Below are positions 9,364 to 21,235 of a stretch of 64,000 bases of DNA, piece by piece. The notes below the pieces were generated by a model that saw nothing but the letters and a program-made list of their open reading frames with translations, did no database searches and was not told the DNA's origin. The stretch covers positions 20,119 to 84,118 of the forward strand of contig CAYMAE010000001.1 in assembly GCA_964388375.1 (NCBI GenBank), given 5' to 3'. Every line of letters starts with the position of its first letter. The stretch's first letter is position 1. A program made the position numbers and the translations under genes. Source of the stretch: an uncultured Ruminiclostridium sp. Its GTDB lineage: Bacteria; Bacillota; Clostridia; DSM-8532.

Positions 9364-9852
9364 TTAGAAGCTATCTTCTTCTCTAGTGGTTATAATGGCA
9401 GTACAGAATATTCCATTGCCTTTACCAAATTCAGTAAGCCCTTCGCCTGTTGTAGCCGTTATTCCGACGTTTTTTTCGCCTATGTTCAAAAGATTTGCAA
9501 TATTACGACGCATACATTCAATGTAAGGTGAGAGTTTAGGCTTAAGAGCCTCTATAGCAATAGAAAGATGTACAATTTCGGCTCTTACCAAGGTTTTTAA
9601 AGCCTCTTTTAAATATACACTACTGTCAGTGATCCCCTTGTCTAAGCATAGTTGATCGGCTCTTTCTCCCAATATATTAATACATGATATGCCTGAAATA
9701 GCATTTGTAATGGCATGCAGAACCACATCAGCATCACTATTCCCCTTTAACCCTGGGCAATTATCAATGCTAATACCGCCTAATATGAGTTTTTTTCCTT
9801 CATCTGGTTCTGAAAATTTATGACTGTCTTGTCCGATAGCTACTCTAAACAT
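9364..9852 (-). CDS. ispF: 2-C-methyl-D-erythritol 2,4-cyclodiphosphate synthase
   Basis: 162 aa. N-terminal FRVAIGQDSHKF, then SDADVVLHAI, the conserved IspF zinc/substrate motifs. Confidence 0.95.
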   Translation of the reverse strand: MFRVAIGQDSHKFSEPDEGKKLILGGISIDNCPGLKGNSDADVVLHAITNAISGISCINILGERADQLCLDKGITDSSVYLKEALKTLVRAEIVHLSIAIEALKPKLSPYIECMRRNIANLLNIGEKNVGITATTGEGLTEFGKGNGIFCTAIITTREEDSF

Positions 9853-9906
9853 AATCTTTCACCCTATAAAAAAACAGGCCACTCCCATGACCTGTCTAAT
9901 AAAAAC

Positions 9907-10542
9907 TTATTCATTGCTTTCCTTAAGATTATAGCCTAATACCATCAAGCTATCACTCAAGTGTACATTTTCGACCACTGCGCCATTATCTAGTACCAGG
10001 TCGGTCGGCGAAAAGTTCCATATTCCCTTAATGCCTAGATTTGTAACGCCTTTAGCAATATCATTAATATTTTTGTTAGGAACGGTTAGCATTGCAATAT
10101 CTACTTTGTTTTTGCGTACAAAATCAGCAAGTGTATCAATATGCCTAACCTTTATATTGTTGATTGATTTTCCGACTTTCTGTTTATCTACATCAAATAT
10201 TGCCAGAATATCGAATCCTCTTTTCTGAAAATTTTCATAATTCGCAAGAGCATTTCCCATGTTTCCCGCACCTAGTATAATACAGGAAAACCTTGTGTCG
10301 GTGCCCAATATCTTGCTAATCTCTTCGTAAAGAGATTCAACATTATAGCCGTATCCTTGCTGTCCAAAGCCACCAAAGCAATTTAAATCTTGCCGTATCT
10401 GAGATGCAGTAATATTCATCCTTTCGCTAAGCTCCTTGGATGAAATACGCTTGACGTCCATCTTCATAAGATCAAAAAGATATCGAAAATATCGGGGGAG
10501 TCTTCTTATGACTGCCGTTGAGATTTTCTTGTCTTCAATCAT
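9907..10542 (-). CDS. rex: redox-sensing transcriptional repressor Rex
   Basis: 211 aa. N-terminal winged helix (RRLPRYFRYL...ISSKELS) plus a Rossmann GxGxxG (ILGAGNMGNAL), typical of Rex. Confidence 0.95.
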   Translation of the reverse strand: MIEDKKISTAVIRRLPRYFRYLFDLMKMDVKRISSKELSERMNITASQIRQDLNCFGGFGQQGYGYNVESLYEEISKILGTDTRFSCIILGAGNMGNALANYENFQKRGFDILAIFDVDKQKVGKSINNIKVRHIDTLADFVRKNKVDIAMLTVPNKNINDIAKGVTNLGIKGIWNFSPTDLVLDNGAVVENVHLSDSLMVLGYNLKESNE

Positions 10543-10577
10543 ATTTACCTACCTTATAAACTGTATTATATATAGTT

Positions 10578-10607
10578 ATTTTAACATGCTTGTGATTTTT
10601 TTGTCAA
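10578..10607 (-). promoter_or_regulatory. candidate rex promoter (TTGACA-N18-TAAAAT)
   Basis: On the minus strand, TTGACA at 10607-10602 and TAAAAT at 10583-10578, about 35 nt upstream of the rex ATG. Confidence 0.4.
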
Positions 10608-10757
10608 ATGCTGTGCAATTTTTGTTCTTGCTTCTACGACATAAATGTTAATTATTTTCTAAAATTTTCCTACAAATATCATACATCAGGCTATATCCGG
10701 TGTCGTCACAGACTGTTTAATTTAAATAATTAAACTTACAAAATCCCCAAATCTGTT

Positions 10758-10972
10758 ATGAAATCATCAGGGAAAAGGCTAAATGCGGAGGCAGAATCAC
10801 TGATTATCAAATGTTTGATGTGTTGACGGGCAACTTGAAAAAAGAATACAATACCGAATTCAAGCATATTTCAAGCTTGGCATTTTCGAAGGACGGCCAT
10901 ATTGCTAGAGCCTCTAATCATATAGAAACAGATAATTTTCTCGGAAAGAGCAAGGAAATGTTTATTGAGTAG
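10758..10972 (+). pseudogene. frameshifted ORF fragments of unknown origin in the hisF-rex gap
   Basis: On the plus strand, MKSSGKRLNAEAESLIIKCLMC* (10758-10826) is followed in another frame by LTGNLKKEYNTEFKHISSLAFSKDGHIARASNHIETDNFLGKSKEMFIE* (10823-10972). No SD is present. Confidence 0.25.
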
Positions 10973-10999
10973 AGTGTCATTCGCAAAAAGAAATCAACT

Positions 11000-11761
11000 C
11001 TAAATTGAAACTTCTATGCCTTGATTTTTAAGATATTCTTTCAAATCACTTATTTTCATTTTGCCGAAATGAAACAATGATGCTGCAAGAACTGCGTCTG
11101 CTTTTCCGATAATAATTGCGTCCTTAAAGTGTTCAAGCTTTCCCGCTCCTCCCGATGCAGTAACAGGAATGTCTACCACTTCGGAGACTGCTTTGGTTAA
11201 TTCAATATCAAAACCGGACTTTGTCCCGTCTTTGTCAATGCTTGTAAGTAAAATTTCCCCTGCGCCAAGGTTTTGAACTTCATGTGCCCATTTAAGAACA
11301 TCTTTTCCCGAGTTTACTTTTCCCGCATTGTAGTATACATCCCAACCGGTGCCATCAATACGCTTTTTAGCATCTATTGCCGCCACCACACATTTAGATC
11401 CAAATGCCGCAGCTGCCTCAGATATAAGCTCCGGTCTTTTTAATGCCGCAGAGTTTACCCCAATTTTGTTTGCTCCCGCGTTAAGGATCCTCTCAAAATC
11501 TTCTACAGCCCTAACGCCACCACCAACTGCAAGAGGTATGGAGATTTGCTCTGCTATACGAGAAACCACATCGAGTATTGTACTTCGATTCTCTGAAGTT
11601 GCTGAAATATCCAATATTGTAAGTTCATCAGCCCCAGCTTTTTCATAGGCTATGGCGCACTCAACTGGGTCGCCTGCATCTATAAGATTAATAAACTCTA
11701 TGCCCTTAACAACTCTACCGTTTTTAATATCTAGACATGGTATTATCCTCTTTACTGACAT
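11000..11761 (-). CDS. hisF: imidazole glycerol phosphate synthase, cyclase subunit
   Basis: 253 aa. RIIPCLDIKNGRVVKG N-terminus and the (beta/alpha)8 phosphate-binding motifs (ASGGAG). Confidence 0.95.
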   Translation of the reverse strand: MSVKRIIPCLDIKNGRVVKGIEFINLIDAGDPVECAIAYEKAGADELTILDISATSENRSTILDVVSRIAEQISIPLAVGGGVRAVEDFERILNAGANKIGVNSAALKRPELISEAAAAFGSKCVVAAIDAKKRIDGTGWDVYYNAGKVNSGKDVLKWAHEVQNLGAGEILLTSIDKDGTKSGFDIELTKAVSEVVDIPVTASGGAGKLEHFKDAIIIGKADAVLAASLFHFGKMKISDLKEYLKNQGIEVSI

Positions 11762-11843
11762 GTTTTACTCCTTCTATATAAGCGTATAGCACTAGTAGTT
11801 ACGCTCCTAGTTCGCAGTTAGCACCGTAACAGTAGCACCACAA

Positions 11844-12551
11844 CTAAACAATCTTAAGTGCTTTAGCTAAATCTACATCTCCGGTGTAAATGGCTTTTCC
11901 AACAATTACTCCAGCCACTCCTCGCTCCTTTAACAGGAGTATATCCTTTGTTGAAGAAACTCCTCCTGAAGCTATAACATCCATCTTGACCCTCTTAACC
12001 ATTTCTGACATGGCAAACAAATTTGGCCCTGAAAGCATTCCATCGGTAGCAATATCAGTATAGATTATAGTATTAACTCCCACCGACTCCATGTTTAAAG
12101 CGAGCTCAGAGGCTTTGATGCTACTTGTCTTTTCCCAACCCTCTATTGCCACATAACCGTCCTTAGCATCTATCCCTACTGCTATATGCTTGCCGTATTT
12201 TATTACAGCTTCGCTCACTAATGTGGGGTTTTTAACGGCCGCTGTGCCGATTATTACACGATCTATACCAAATCCGAGCACAGTATCAATATCATCCATT
12301 GTCCTTATTCCACCACCGGTTTGAACGGGAATACTAACAGCTTCAGCAATCGTGCAAATTATTTCACGATTATTGCCCTCGTCCCTTGCGGCATCTAAGT
12401 CCACAACATGAATATATTTAGCTCCAGTATTTTGAAATTGCTTTGCCATACTTACTGGATTATCTGAAAAAATCGTTATATCGTCATAGCGCCCTTGCGT
12501 TAACCTTACGCATTTACCGCCTCTTATATCAATTGCTGGATAAATTATCAT
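11844..12551 (-). CDS. hisA: ProFAR isomerase (1-(5-phosphoribosyl)-5-[(5-phosphoribosylamino)methylideneamino]imidazole-4-carboxamide isomerase)
   Basis: 235 aa. IIYPAIDIRGGKCVRL N-terminus, GGGIR and ASGGVSS motifs. Confidence 0.95.
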   Translation of the reverse strand: MIIYPAIDIRGGKCVRLTQGRYDDITIFSDNPVSMAKQFQNTGAKYIHVVDLDAARDEGNNREIICTIAEAVSIPVQTGGGIRTMDDIDTVLGFGIDRVIIGTAAVKNPTLVSEAVIKYGKHIAVGIDAKDGYVAIEGWEKTSSIKASELALNMESVGVNTIIYTDIATDGMLSGPNLFAMSEMVKRVKMDVIASGGVSSTKDILLLKERGVAGVIVGKAIYTGDVDLAKALKIV

Positions 12552-12634
12552 GGATACACCACCTTACCTTAATATCTAATACTTTTTAAAGAGTATATGT
12601 ATCTCTTACACTCGGTAGAAACTGTATGTGCTAT

Positions 12635-13525
12635 TTATGCTTTATACTTCTTGCCGGTAATCTTTTCATATGCCTCAATATATTTTTCTCTAGTCTTTTC
12701 TATTACCTCACGGGGAAGTTTAGGGGCCGGAGGCTGCTTATCCCAATCAAGTGTTTCCAAATACTCTCTTAAAAACTGCTTGTCAAAGCTTTTCTGTGGA
12801 CGGCCTGGTTCATAATTGGCTAAATCCCAGAACCTTGACGAATCAGGAGTGAGCATTTCATCAGCAATGACTAATTTGCCATCTAGCATTCCAAACTCAA
12901 ACTTGGTATCTGCCAAAACAATACCCTTACTTAAAGCGTATTGCGCGCCCTTTTTATAAATTGCTATGGATTTTTCCTTTAATTCTGATACAAGCCCTGA
13001 ACCTATTTGCTCTTCTACATACTCGCTGCTAACGTTCATGTCATGGCCTTCATTGGCCTTTGTAGATGGTGTGAAAATCGGTTCCGGGAGCTTGTCGGCC
13101 TGCTTTAATCCTCTAGGGAGTTTTATCCCGCATATTTCGCCTGTCGACTTATAATCCTTAAGGCCAGAGCCCTCTAAGTATCCCCTGACTATGCATTCAG
13201 CCTCTACCATTTCAACTCTTCTAACAAGCATTGAACGGCCTTGTAGCTCCTTTTTAAACTTAGACAATCCCATGGGATATTCGGATACATCAGTACTAAC
13301 AAGATGGTTTCCTATAATATCCTTACAATAGTCAAACCAGAATTCTGAAATTTGATTAAGAACACAGCCTTTGTCGGGGATTAAATCGTCAAAAATAACA
13401 TCGAATGCTGAGATACGGTCGGTTACAATCATAAGAAGCATGTCGCTTCCAACCTCATATACATCTCGAACCTTTCCCTTAACAAAAACCGGTAAATCAA
13501 TAAAATTAGTATCTTTTATTAGCAT
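12635..13525 (-). CDS. purC: phosphoribosylaminoimidazole-succinocarboxamide (SAICAR) synthase, long form
   Basis: 296 aa. GKVRDVY, TDRISAFD, LADTKFEFG and TPDSSRFW motifs are diagnostic of PurC. The gene sits inside the his cluster. Confidence 0.9.
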   Translation of the reverse strand: MLIKDTNFIDLPVFVKGKVRDVYEVGSDMLLMIVTDRISAFDVIFDDLIPDKGCVLNQISEFWFDYCKDIIGNHLVSTDVSEYPMGLSKFKKELQGRSMLVRRVEMVEAECIVRGYLEGSGLKDYKSTGEICGIKLPRGLKQADKLPEPIFTPSTKANEGHDMNVSSEYVEEQIGSGLVSELKEKSIAIYKKGAQYALSKGIVLADTKFEFGMLDGKLVIADEMLTPDSSRFWDLANYEPGRPQKSFDKQFLREYLETLDWDKQPPAPKLPREVIEKTREKYIEAYEKITGKKYKA

Positions 13526-13661
13526 TAGCTATTCCTCCGTAACATGAATCAAGTTTATGTAAACCATATTTATTTTTTTAAGACATCTAACTTTCCTTAA
13601 GCAAAATCTTATGCAAAAAGGACTTCGGTAAATATTCTAATGAAGAGATGTCCACTACAGC

Positions 13662-14246
13662 CTATAACGAGCCTTTTGTGGACAAAACTCCTTTAATGTT
13701 TGGGTCTATTGTAACTGCCTCTCTCAATGCCCTTGCAAAAGCCTTGAATACAGCTTCAATTATGTGGTGATTATTCTTTCCATGGATAAGCTTAATATGT
13801 AGTGTCATTCCTGCATTTGTAGATAGTGCACGGAAGAACTCTTCAAACATCTCTGTTTCCATTTCACCTACTTTATCTGTAGAAAATAGTACATCGTAAC
13901 AAAGATATGGCCTGTTTGATAAATCCAGACTAACTAAAGCAAGAGCCTCATCCATAGGAATCACACTGTTACCAAAACGCTTTATTCCCTCTCTTGAACC
14001 AAGAGCCTCTTTAATAGCCTTTCCCAGCACGATACCAATATCTTCAACAGTATGGTGGCTATCAACTTCTAGATCACCTTTACATAAGATATTAAGATTA
14101 AATTGCCCATGCCCTGAAAAAAGGCAAAGCATATGGTCTAAAAATCCTATTCCTGTTGAAATCGAGCTTTGTCCATGAGCATCTAAATCAATCATAAGGG
14201 AAATCTCTGTTTCGTTGGTTTTCCGTTCTAATTGAGCCCTTCGCAT
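13662..14246 (-). CDS. hisB: imidazoleglycerol-phosphate dehydratase (monofunctional)
   Basis: 194 aa. RKTNETEI start, DSHHTVEDIGI and HHIIEAVFKAFARAL motifs. Confidence 0.95.
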   Translation of the reverse strand: MRRAQLERKTNETEISLMIDLDAHGQSSISTGIGFLDHMLCLFSGHGQFNLNILCKGDLEVDSHHTVEDIGIVLGKAIKEALGSREGIKRFGNSVIPMDEALALVSLDLSNRPYLCYDVLFSTDKVGEMETEMFEEFFRALSTNAGMTLHIKLIHGKNNHHIIEAVFKAFARALREAVTIDPNIKGVLSTKGSL

Positions 14247-14357
14247 TTTACTACCTCCAAGACTTCAGAAACTTAATTTTTCTTCAACACTTAAGTAATT
14301 TCTTTTGTCATAATTAAACCAAGTTAAAAACTAATAATTATTATAGCATTGCCATGC

Positions 14358-15419
14358 CTATCCTGCCATTATCATCTTAATTTTTTGAACCAAATTTTCC
14401 ATATCCTCTTGAGTCCCTATGCTTATTCTAAGCCAGTCAGATATTTTAGGCATGGTAAAATTCCTTACTAAAATGCCCTGATTCCTTAGCTTTGTCAAAA
14501 CTTCAGGTCCTGAAATACCAGGAATCGAGGCGAAAATAAAATTAGCCTTAGAATCTTGCACCTTAACTCCAAGCTTAATTAATTCATTTTGTGTCCATTG
14601 ACGAGTATCAATTATTTTTTGCCTGGTTTCATTAAAATACTCAGTGTCAATAAAAGCCGCCTCAGCCGCTACTTGGGCTAGATTATCTAAAGGATAGGAG
14701 TTAAAAGAGTCCTTTACCCTTACAATGCCCTTTATAAGCTCTTCGCATCCTATGGCCAGACCAATTCTAAGGCCGGCGAGGGATCTTGATTTGGAAAGAG
14801 TATGGATAACAAGAAGATTATCATACTTGGAAATCAAGGGTATACACGATTCCCCACCGAAATCTATATATGCCTCATCCACTATAAATATGGTATTAGG
14901 CCGTTCTTTTAATAATTCTTCAATAATATTTGGCGATACATATGTGCCAGTTGGAGCATTAGGGTTCGCAAAGATAACACCCTTTAAATCTTTTCCATAG
15001 TGAGTAAAGTCGATGCTGAAATTCTCCTTCACAGGCACTGTCACAAATGGTATCTCGTAAAGAGCACAGTATACCGGATAGAAGCTATAGGTTACATCGG
15101 GAAATGCAATTTTTGTGCTATCATCAAAAAAAGTCTTAAAAACTAATGCCAAAACCTCATCGGAGCCATTTCCAGCAAATATTTCTTTTTCTGAAATACC
15201 ATAATATTTTGCCCCTGCTTGTTTGATTATTGCACTCTCGCTATTTGGATAAAGTCGCAGATCATCAAGTTTATAGTTTTGGATGCGCTCCTTCACAAGT
15301 GGCGAGGGTGGATATGGATTTTCGTTAGTGTTTAGCTTTATAAATTTGCTATCCTTGGGTTGTTCTCCTGGAACATATGGTGTCAGATTATTTGTATTAT
15401 TACTCCAAAAACGGTTCAA
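14358..15419 (-). CDS. hisC: histidinol-phosphate aminotransferase
   Basis: 353 aa with a TTG start. LNTNENPYPPSP, and TLSKSRSLAGLRIG carrying the PLP lysine. Confidence 0.9.
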   Translation of the reverse strand: MNRFWSNNTNNLTPYVPGEQPKDSKFIKLNTNENPYPPSPLVKERIQNYKLDDLRLYPNSESAIIKQAGAKYYGISEKEIFAGNGSDEVLALVFKTFFDDSTKIAFPDVTYSFYPVYCALYEIPFVTVPVKENFSIDFTHYGKDLKGVIFANPNAPTGTYVSPNIIEELLKERPNTIFIVDEAYIDFGGESCIPLISKYDNLLVIHTLSKSRSLAGLRIGLAIGCEELIKGIVRVKDSFNSYPLDNLAQVAAEAAFIDTEYFNETRQKIIDTRQWTQNELIKLGVKVQDSKANFIFASIPGISGPEVLTKLRNQGILVRNFTMPKISDWLRISIGTQEDMENLVQKIKMIMAG

Positions 15420-15544
15420 TTATACTCACTCCTGTTCTACTTTGTTAATGCCTGTCAGTATTTTTTTGCACGCACAGTTGACTTCTCTTTGTATTGCTCT
15501 AAGCATTATAAATAAAATTCAGTGGTTTCGAAACGACTACATGA

Positions 15545-16828
15545 TTATTTTCTTATTTCGATTGCTCTGGCGTGGGCTGATAGCCCCTCTGCGCGGGCGA
15601 ATACTGCAACATCATCACTAATTTCCCTAAAGGCTTCTTGGCTGTATGAAATTACGCTTTGCCTCTTTACAAAATCATAAACCCCCAGAGGCGAGAAAAA
15701 TCTTGATGTCCCCACTGTAGGAAGGGTATGGTTTGGACCTGCAAAATAATCTCCCAAAGGCTCGGGCGAATAATTTCCAAGGAATATTGCTGCGGCATTC
15801 TTTATTGAAGGCATAATTGTGAAAGGTTCCTTAACACATAACTCTAAATGCTCGGGGGCAATTGTATTACTTATTTTAACTGCTTCATCAATTGTATCAG
15901 TTAGAATAATTGCTCCATAATTCTCAAGGGATTTTTGGGCAATCCCGAATCTATCAAGCATCACAATTTGCTTATCAAGCTCTTTTTGAACCTCTTTAGC
16001 CAATACTTCTGAACAGGTGACTAAAACGGAGGATGCGAGCACATCATGTTCCGCTTGTGAAAGTAAATCAGCCGCCACAAAAGCGGGATTTGCTGTTTCA
16101 TCGGCTATAATTAATATTTCACTAGGCCCTGCAATCATATCTATACCGCAGATCCCAAAAACTTGCTTCTTGGCTGTTGCCACAAAAATATTACCTGGTC
16201 CGACTATTTTATCAACCTTCGGAACAGTTTGCGTACCATAGGCCATGGCACCAATGGCCTGAGCTCCACCAATCATAAAAGCTCTATTTGCACCTGCGAG
16301 TTTGGCACAGGCGAGCATCAACTCATTTATTTTGCCATCTTTGCTAGGAGGAGAGCATAAAATTATTTCTTCAACTCCTGCTACCTTAGCTGGGATAACG
16401 TCCATAAGCACTGTTGATGGAAGTGGTGCTGTCCCGGCAGGAGCATAAACTCCAACACGCTCAAGGGGACTTACTTTTTGACCTAGAATGATGCCCGGCT
16501 GCTTTGTCATGAACCATGAATTTTCCTTCTGCTTTTCATGAAATTCTCGTATGTTTGATGCTGCCTTTTCAATTATTCTAAGCATATTTTTATCTATAGA
16601 ATTAAGCGCCTCATCCAGTTGCTTGGTAACTTCAATAGTTGAGGGAGTTAAATCGGTTTTGTCGAACCTTTTACTATATTCTATTACTGCCTCGTCGCCG
16701 CGTTCTTTAACATTAGCCAAAATCTCTGAAACTGACTTTTCTATATCTTTTTCGCCTTCTGGGCTTCTATTAGAAAGTTCCACATATAATTGCTTTAAAT
16801 CATCCTTGTTATAATTATAAATCTTCAT
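15545..16828 (-). CDS. hisD: histidinol dehydrogenase
   Basis: 427 aa. GPGNIFV, AGPSE..IIAD and SQAEHD motifs. Confidence 0.95.
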   Translation of the reverse strand: MKIYNYNKDDLKQLYVELSNRSPEGEKDIEKSVSEILANVKERGDEAVIEYSKRFDKTDLTPSTIEVTKQLDEALNSIDKNMLRIIEKAASNIREFHEKQKENSWFMTKQPGIILGQKVSPLERVGVYAPAGTAPLPSTVLMDVIPAKVAGVEEIILCSPPSKDGKINELMLACAKLAGANRAFMIGGAQAIGAMAYGTQTVPKVDKIVGPGNIFVATAKKQVFGICGIDMIAGPSEILIIADETANPAFVAADLLSQAEHDVLASSVLVTCSEVLAKEVQKELDKQIVMLDRFGIAQKSLENYGAIILTDTIDEAVKISNTIAPEHLELCVKEPFTIMPSIKNAAAIFLGNYSPEPLGDYFAGPNHTLPTVGTSRFFSPLGVYDFVKRQSVISYSQEAFREISDDVAVFARAEGLSAHARAIEIRK

Positions 16829-16933
16829 AGAATAACCTCGCTAAATAAATTCATATCTACTTTGTAAATATAAAAGCTCGCTCATATATTATGTACGCAT
16901 AATATGTTTGCTTTGCTTTTTCCTGTTGTTTTT

Positions 16934-17566
16934 CTAAAGCTGCTTTCTGATGTTATCTATTATGCCCGTAATTCTTTGGCCTTCCATTTTCATACTGACC
17001 CTGTTTACGACCATTCTAGCGCTTATATCGGCAATTGTATCCAAAACTTCAAGACCGTTTTCCTTGAGAGTTCTGCCCGTTTCCACCAAGTCTACAATAA
17101 CCTCTGAAAGACCAACTAATGGTGCTAGCTCTATTGAGCCATTAAGCTTTATTATTTCAACAGACTCACGTCTTGTATGTCTAAAATACTTCCTTGCAAT
17201 CTCAGGGTACTTGGTTGCAACCCTATTAATTGAAATAGAATCCATCTTTCCTTGTAGCTCCTTAGGACCTGCAACACACATTTTGCACTTGGCAAAGCCC
17301 AAATCCAAGACCTCGTAAAGATCTCTCCCCTCTTCTAAAAGGGTATCCTTACCCACTATGCCTATGTCGGCGGCACCATATTCTACATAAACAGGAACAT
17401 CTCCCGGCTTAGCAAGGAAAAACCGGATCTTATTTTTTTCGTCTGACAAAATAAGCTTTCGGGAATCGCTTTTAAGCTCTGTACAATCAATGCCGGCCCC
17501 CTCTAAGAGGTTGATACTTAAATCCGTAAGACGCCCTTTAGACAATGCAAATGTAATATATCTCAT
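16934..17566 (-). CDS. hisG: ATP phosphoribosyltransferase, short (HisZ-dependent) form
   Basis: 210 aa. LSKGRL N-terminus and DLVETGRTL motif. A 4-nt overlap with the upstream hisZ stop. Confidence 0.9.
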   Translation of the reverse strand: MRYITFALSKGRLTDLSINLLEGAGIDCTELKSDSRKLILSDEKNKIRFFLAKPGDVPVYVEYGAADIGIVGKDTLLEEGRDLYEVLDLGFAKCKMCVAGPKELQGKMDSISINRVATKYPEIARKYFRHTRRESVEIIKLNGSIELAPLVGLSEVIVDLVETGRTLKENGLEVLDTIADISARMVVNRVSMKMEGQRITGIIDNIRKQL

Positions 17567-18771
17567 AATACTACTTCCTCCTCTGAGCCGTCTTCTTTGA
17601 TATTTATTAACATAGAAAAACCTTTTTGTAATGCATATTTCTTAGCTGCCTCTATACCCTTTTGCATTATATCCAACTGTGCCGGGATTCCCTTTGAAAT
17701 CATCTTAAGGCGATAATCACTAGCTATTATCCTTGCATTTTCATGATAGGTAATAAAGACTCCCTTTTCTTCGTCCTTCACTAGCCTCTTTTGCCTTTCA
17801 AGAGCCATCATTACCATATTTATTCCAAGAGAGAAACCTGTTGCCTCGCAATCTCTTCCGAATTTGGATACTAAGCCATCGTAGCGTCCACCACTTAGTA
17901 TCGGAAATCCAACGCCGTAGGTATATCCCCTAAAAACAATTCCTGTGTAGTAATTCAGGCTCTGGACCATCCCTAAATCCACTGAGACATATTTATCTAA
18001 CTTGCGTTCCTCTAAAATCTCAAATACTGTTTTAATATTCTGCAATGCATTTGCCGCAGTTGCACCTATGTCCTTATAATTTATACTTTGAAGAATCTCC
18101 CTTGATCCAAAAAGCCTAGATAGGTCTAGAATTATTTTTTTCAGGCTATCCTTTACTTTATGCTTATTCATGACATGCTCTACACCCACAAGGTTTTTCT
18201 CGTCAATAAACTCTCTTACTTCCTCAATCTGTTCTTCGTTCAGGCCTGATTCCTTCATTAATCCCTTAAAAAATCCAACTTGGCCAATATCTATTTTAAA
18301 ATTCTCAAGGCCGGTAGTAAGAATAGACTCAATAGCCATGATTACTACCTCTGCGTCAGCCTCAGGGGTGTTTGCACCTAAAAGCTCACACCCAGCTTGT
18401 GTAAACTCATTCTGTTTTCCGCCACCTATTTCATCAAAACTGAATGTGTTTCCAATATAGCTACATTTTATAGGCAAAGCCTCATCCTTTAGCTTGGTAG
18501 CCGCAATTCGGGCAACTGGAACCGTTAAATCAGGTCTCAAGACCAGAAGTCGACCCTTTGAATCGCAGAATTTATACATGCTTTCTTGCTTTATTAATCC
18601 TCGTTCTCCACCAAAAGTATCATAAAACTCAATGGTAGGGGTCTCAATTTCCCTGTAGCCATTTAATCTAAAGCTGTCTCTTAATTTTCCTTCTAGAATT
18701 CTCTTTTGTCTGCATGATTCAAAAAGTATATCCTGAACTCCCTCAGGCGTGTAAATATTCCATCTTTTCAT
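17563..18771 (-). CDS. hisZ: ATP phosphoribosyltransferase regulatory subunit (HisRS paralog)
   Basis: 402 aa with class-II aaRS-like motifs ([32 protein letters not shown]). It lacks an anticodon-binding domain and sits immediately upstream of a short hisG. Confidence 0.9.
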   Translation of the reverse strand: MKRWNIYTPEGVQDILFESCRQKRILEGKLRDSFRLNGYREIETPTIEFYDTFGGERGLIKQESMYKFCDSKGRLLVLRPDLTVPVARIAATKLKDEALPIKCSYIGNTFSFDEIGGGKQNEFTQAGCELLGANTPEADAEVVIMAIESILTTGLENFKIDIGQVGFFKGLMKESGLNEEQIEEVREFIDEKNLVGVEHVMNKHKVKDSLKKIILDLSRLFGSREILQSINYKDIGATAANALQNIKTVFEILEERKLDKYVSVDLGMVQSLNYYTGIVFRGYTYGVGFPILSGGRYDGLVSKFGRDCEATGFSLGINMVMMALERQKRLVKDEEKGVFITYHENARIIASDYRLKMISKGIPAQLDIMQKGIEAAKKYALQKGFSMLINIKEDGSEEEVVL

Positions 18772-18823
18772 AAACTTTGCCTCACTTCATCACTTTAGCT
18801 AACTAAAGCACTAAACTGATATA

Positions 18824-18852
18824 ATTCTACTATTTTAATCCAGCCTTGTCAA
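18824..18852 (-). promoter_or_regulatory. his operon promoter (TTGACA-N17-TAGAAT)
   Basis: On the minus strand, TTGACA 18852-18847, a 17-nt spacer and TAGAAT 18829-18824. The leader of about 50 nt is too short for a T-box. Confidence 0.55.
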
Positions 18853-18979
18853 GAATAAATTAAAGACAATTGTAGCTTGCATGTATTTAATGTTATATGT
18901 TATTTCCACACAGTCGGCCGTCCTCGTGAATAGCCCTAAATAGGCCCATCTAAATAATTCCCATAACCAGACGTTTTAC

Positions 18980-19014
18980 TAAAAAACTCGCATGGTTTGA
19001 TATCCCATGCGAGT
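18980..19014 (-). terminator. rho-independent terminator of groESL
   Basis: Perfect 10-bp inverted repeat ACTCGCATGG / CCATGCGAGT (18986-18995 / 19005-19014), followed on the minus strand by TTTTTT. Confidence 0.8.
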
Positions 19015-19089
19015 TTTAATTATATAATTATTTGATTCTGTGCTTTTTAGTGAGCTCGGCGGCATGAAAACCACCGTCTACCTAGCAAA

Positions 19090-20730
<1,641 letters not shown>

Positions 20731-20740
20731 CTACCTCCTA

Positions 20741-21016
<276 letters not shown>

Positions 21017-21059
21017 TCAACCTCCTTATATTTTCCCAATACGGGCTATTCTTAATTTG

Positions 21060-21086
21060 TTAGCACTCATCCGCGTCGAGTGCTAA
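21060..21086. promoter_or_regulatory. CIRCE element (HrcA operator)
   Basis: Perfect TTAGCACTC-N9-GAGTGCTAA read directly from the sequence, 47 nt upstream of the groES ATG. Confidence 0.9.
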
Positions 21087-21090
21087 TACA

Positions 21091-21119
21091 ATATTAAACA
21101 ATTTCTTCGATAGAATCAA
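21091..21119 (-). promoter_or_regulatory. groESL promoter (TTGATT-N17-TAATAT)
   Basis: On the minus strand, TTGATT 21119-21114, 17 nt, TAATAT 21096-21091. CIRCE starts 5 nt downstream of the -10. Confidence 0.55.
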
Positions 21120-21235
21120 ACTAGTCTGGTTACCTAATTTCGTCGAATTTGATAAAGCATAGGTAGTTTTCTTCAAATATCTCTACCAAACTAGCTATTT
21201 CTTCATAATTTAAAGTATTCCAATTTTTTGACTGG

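Noticed and set aside
10591-10607. Rex operator in the rex promoter (TTGTGA-T7-GTCAAA)
   Set aside because: Only one half-site (TTGTGA/TCACAA) is present. The other half is the -35 TTGACA, not a Rex half-site.
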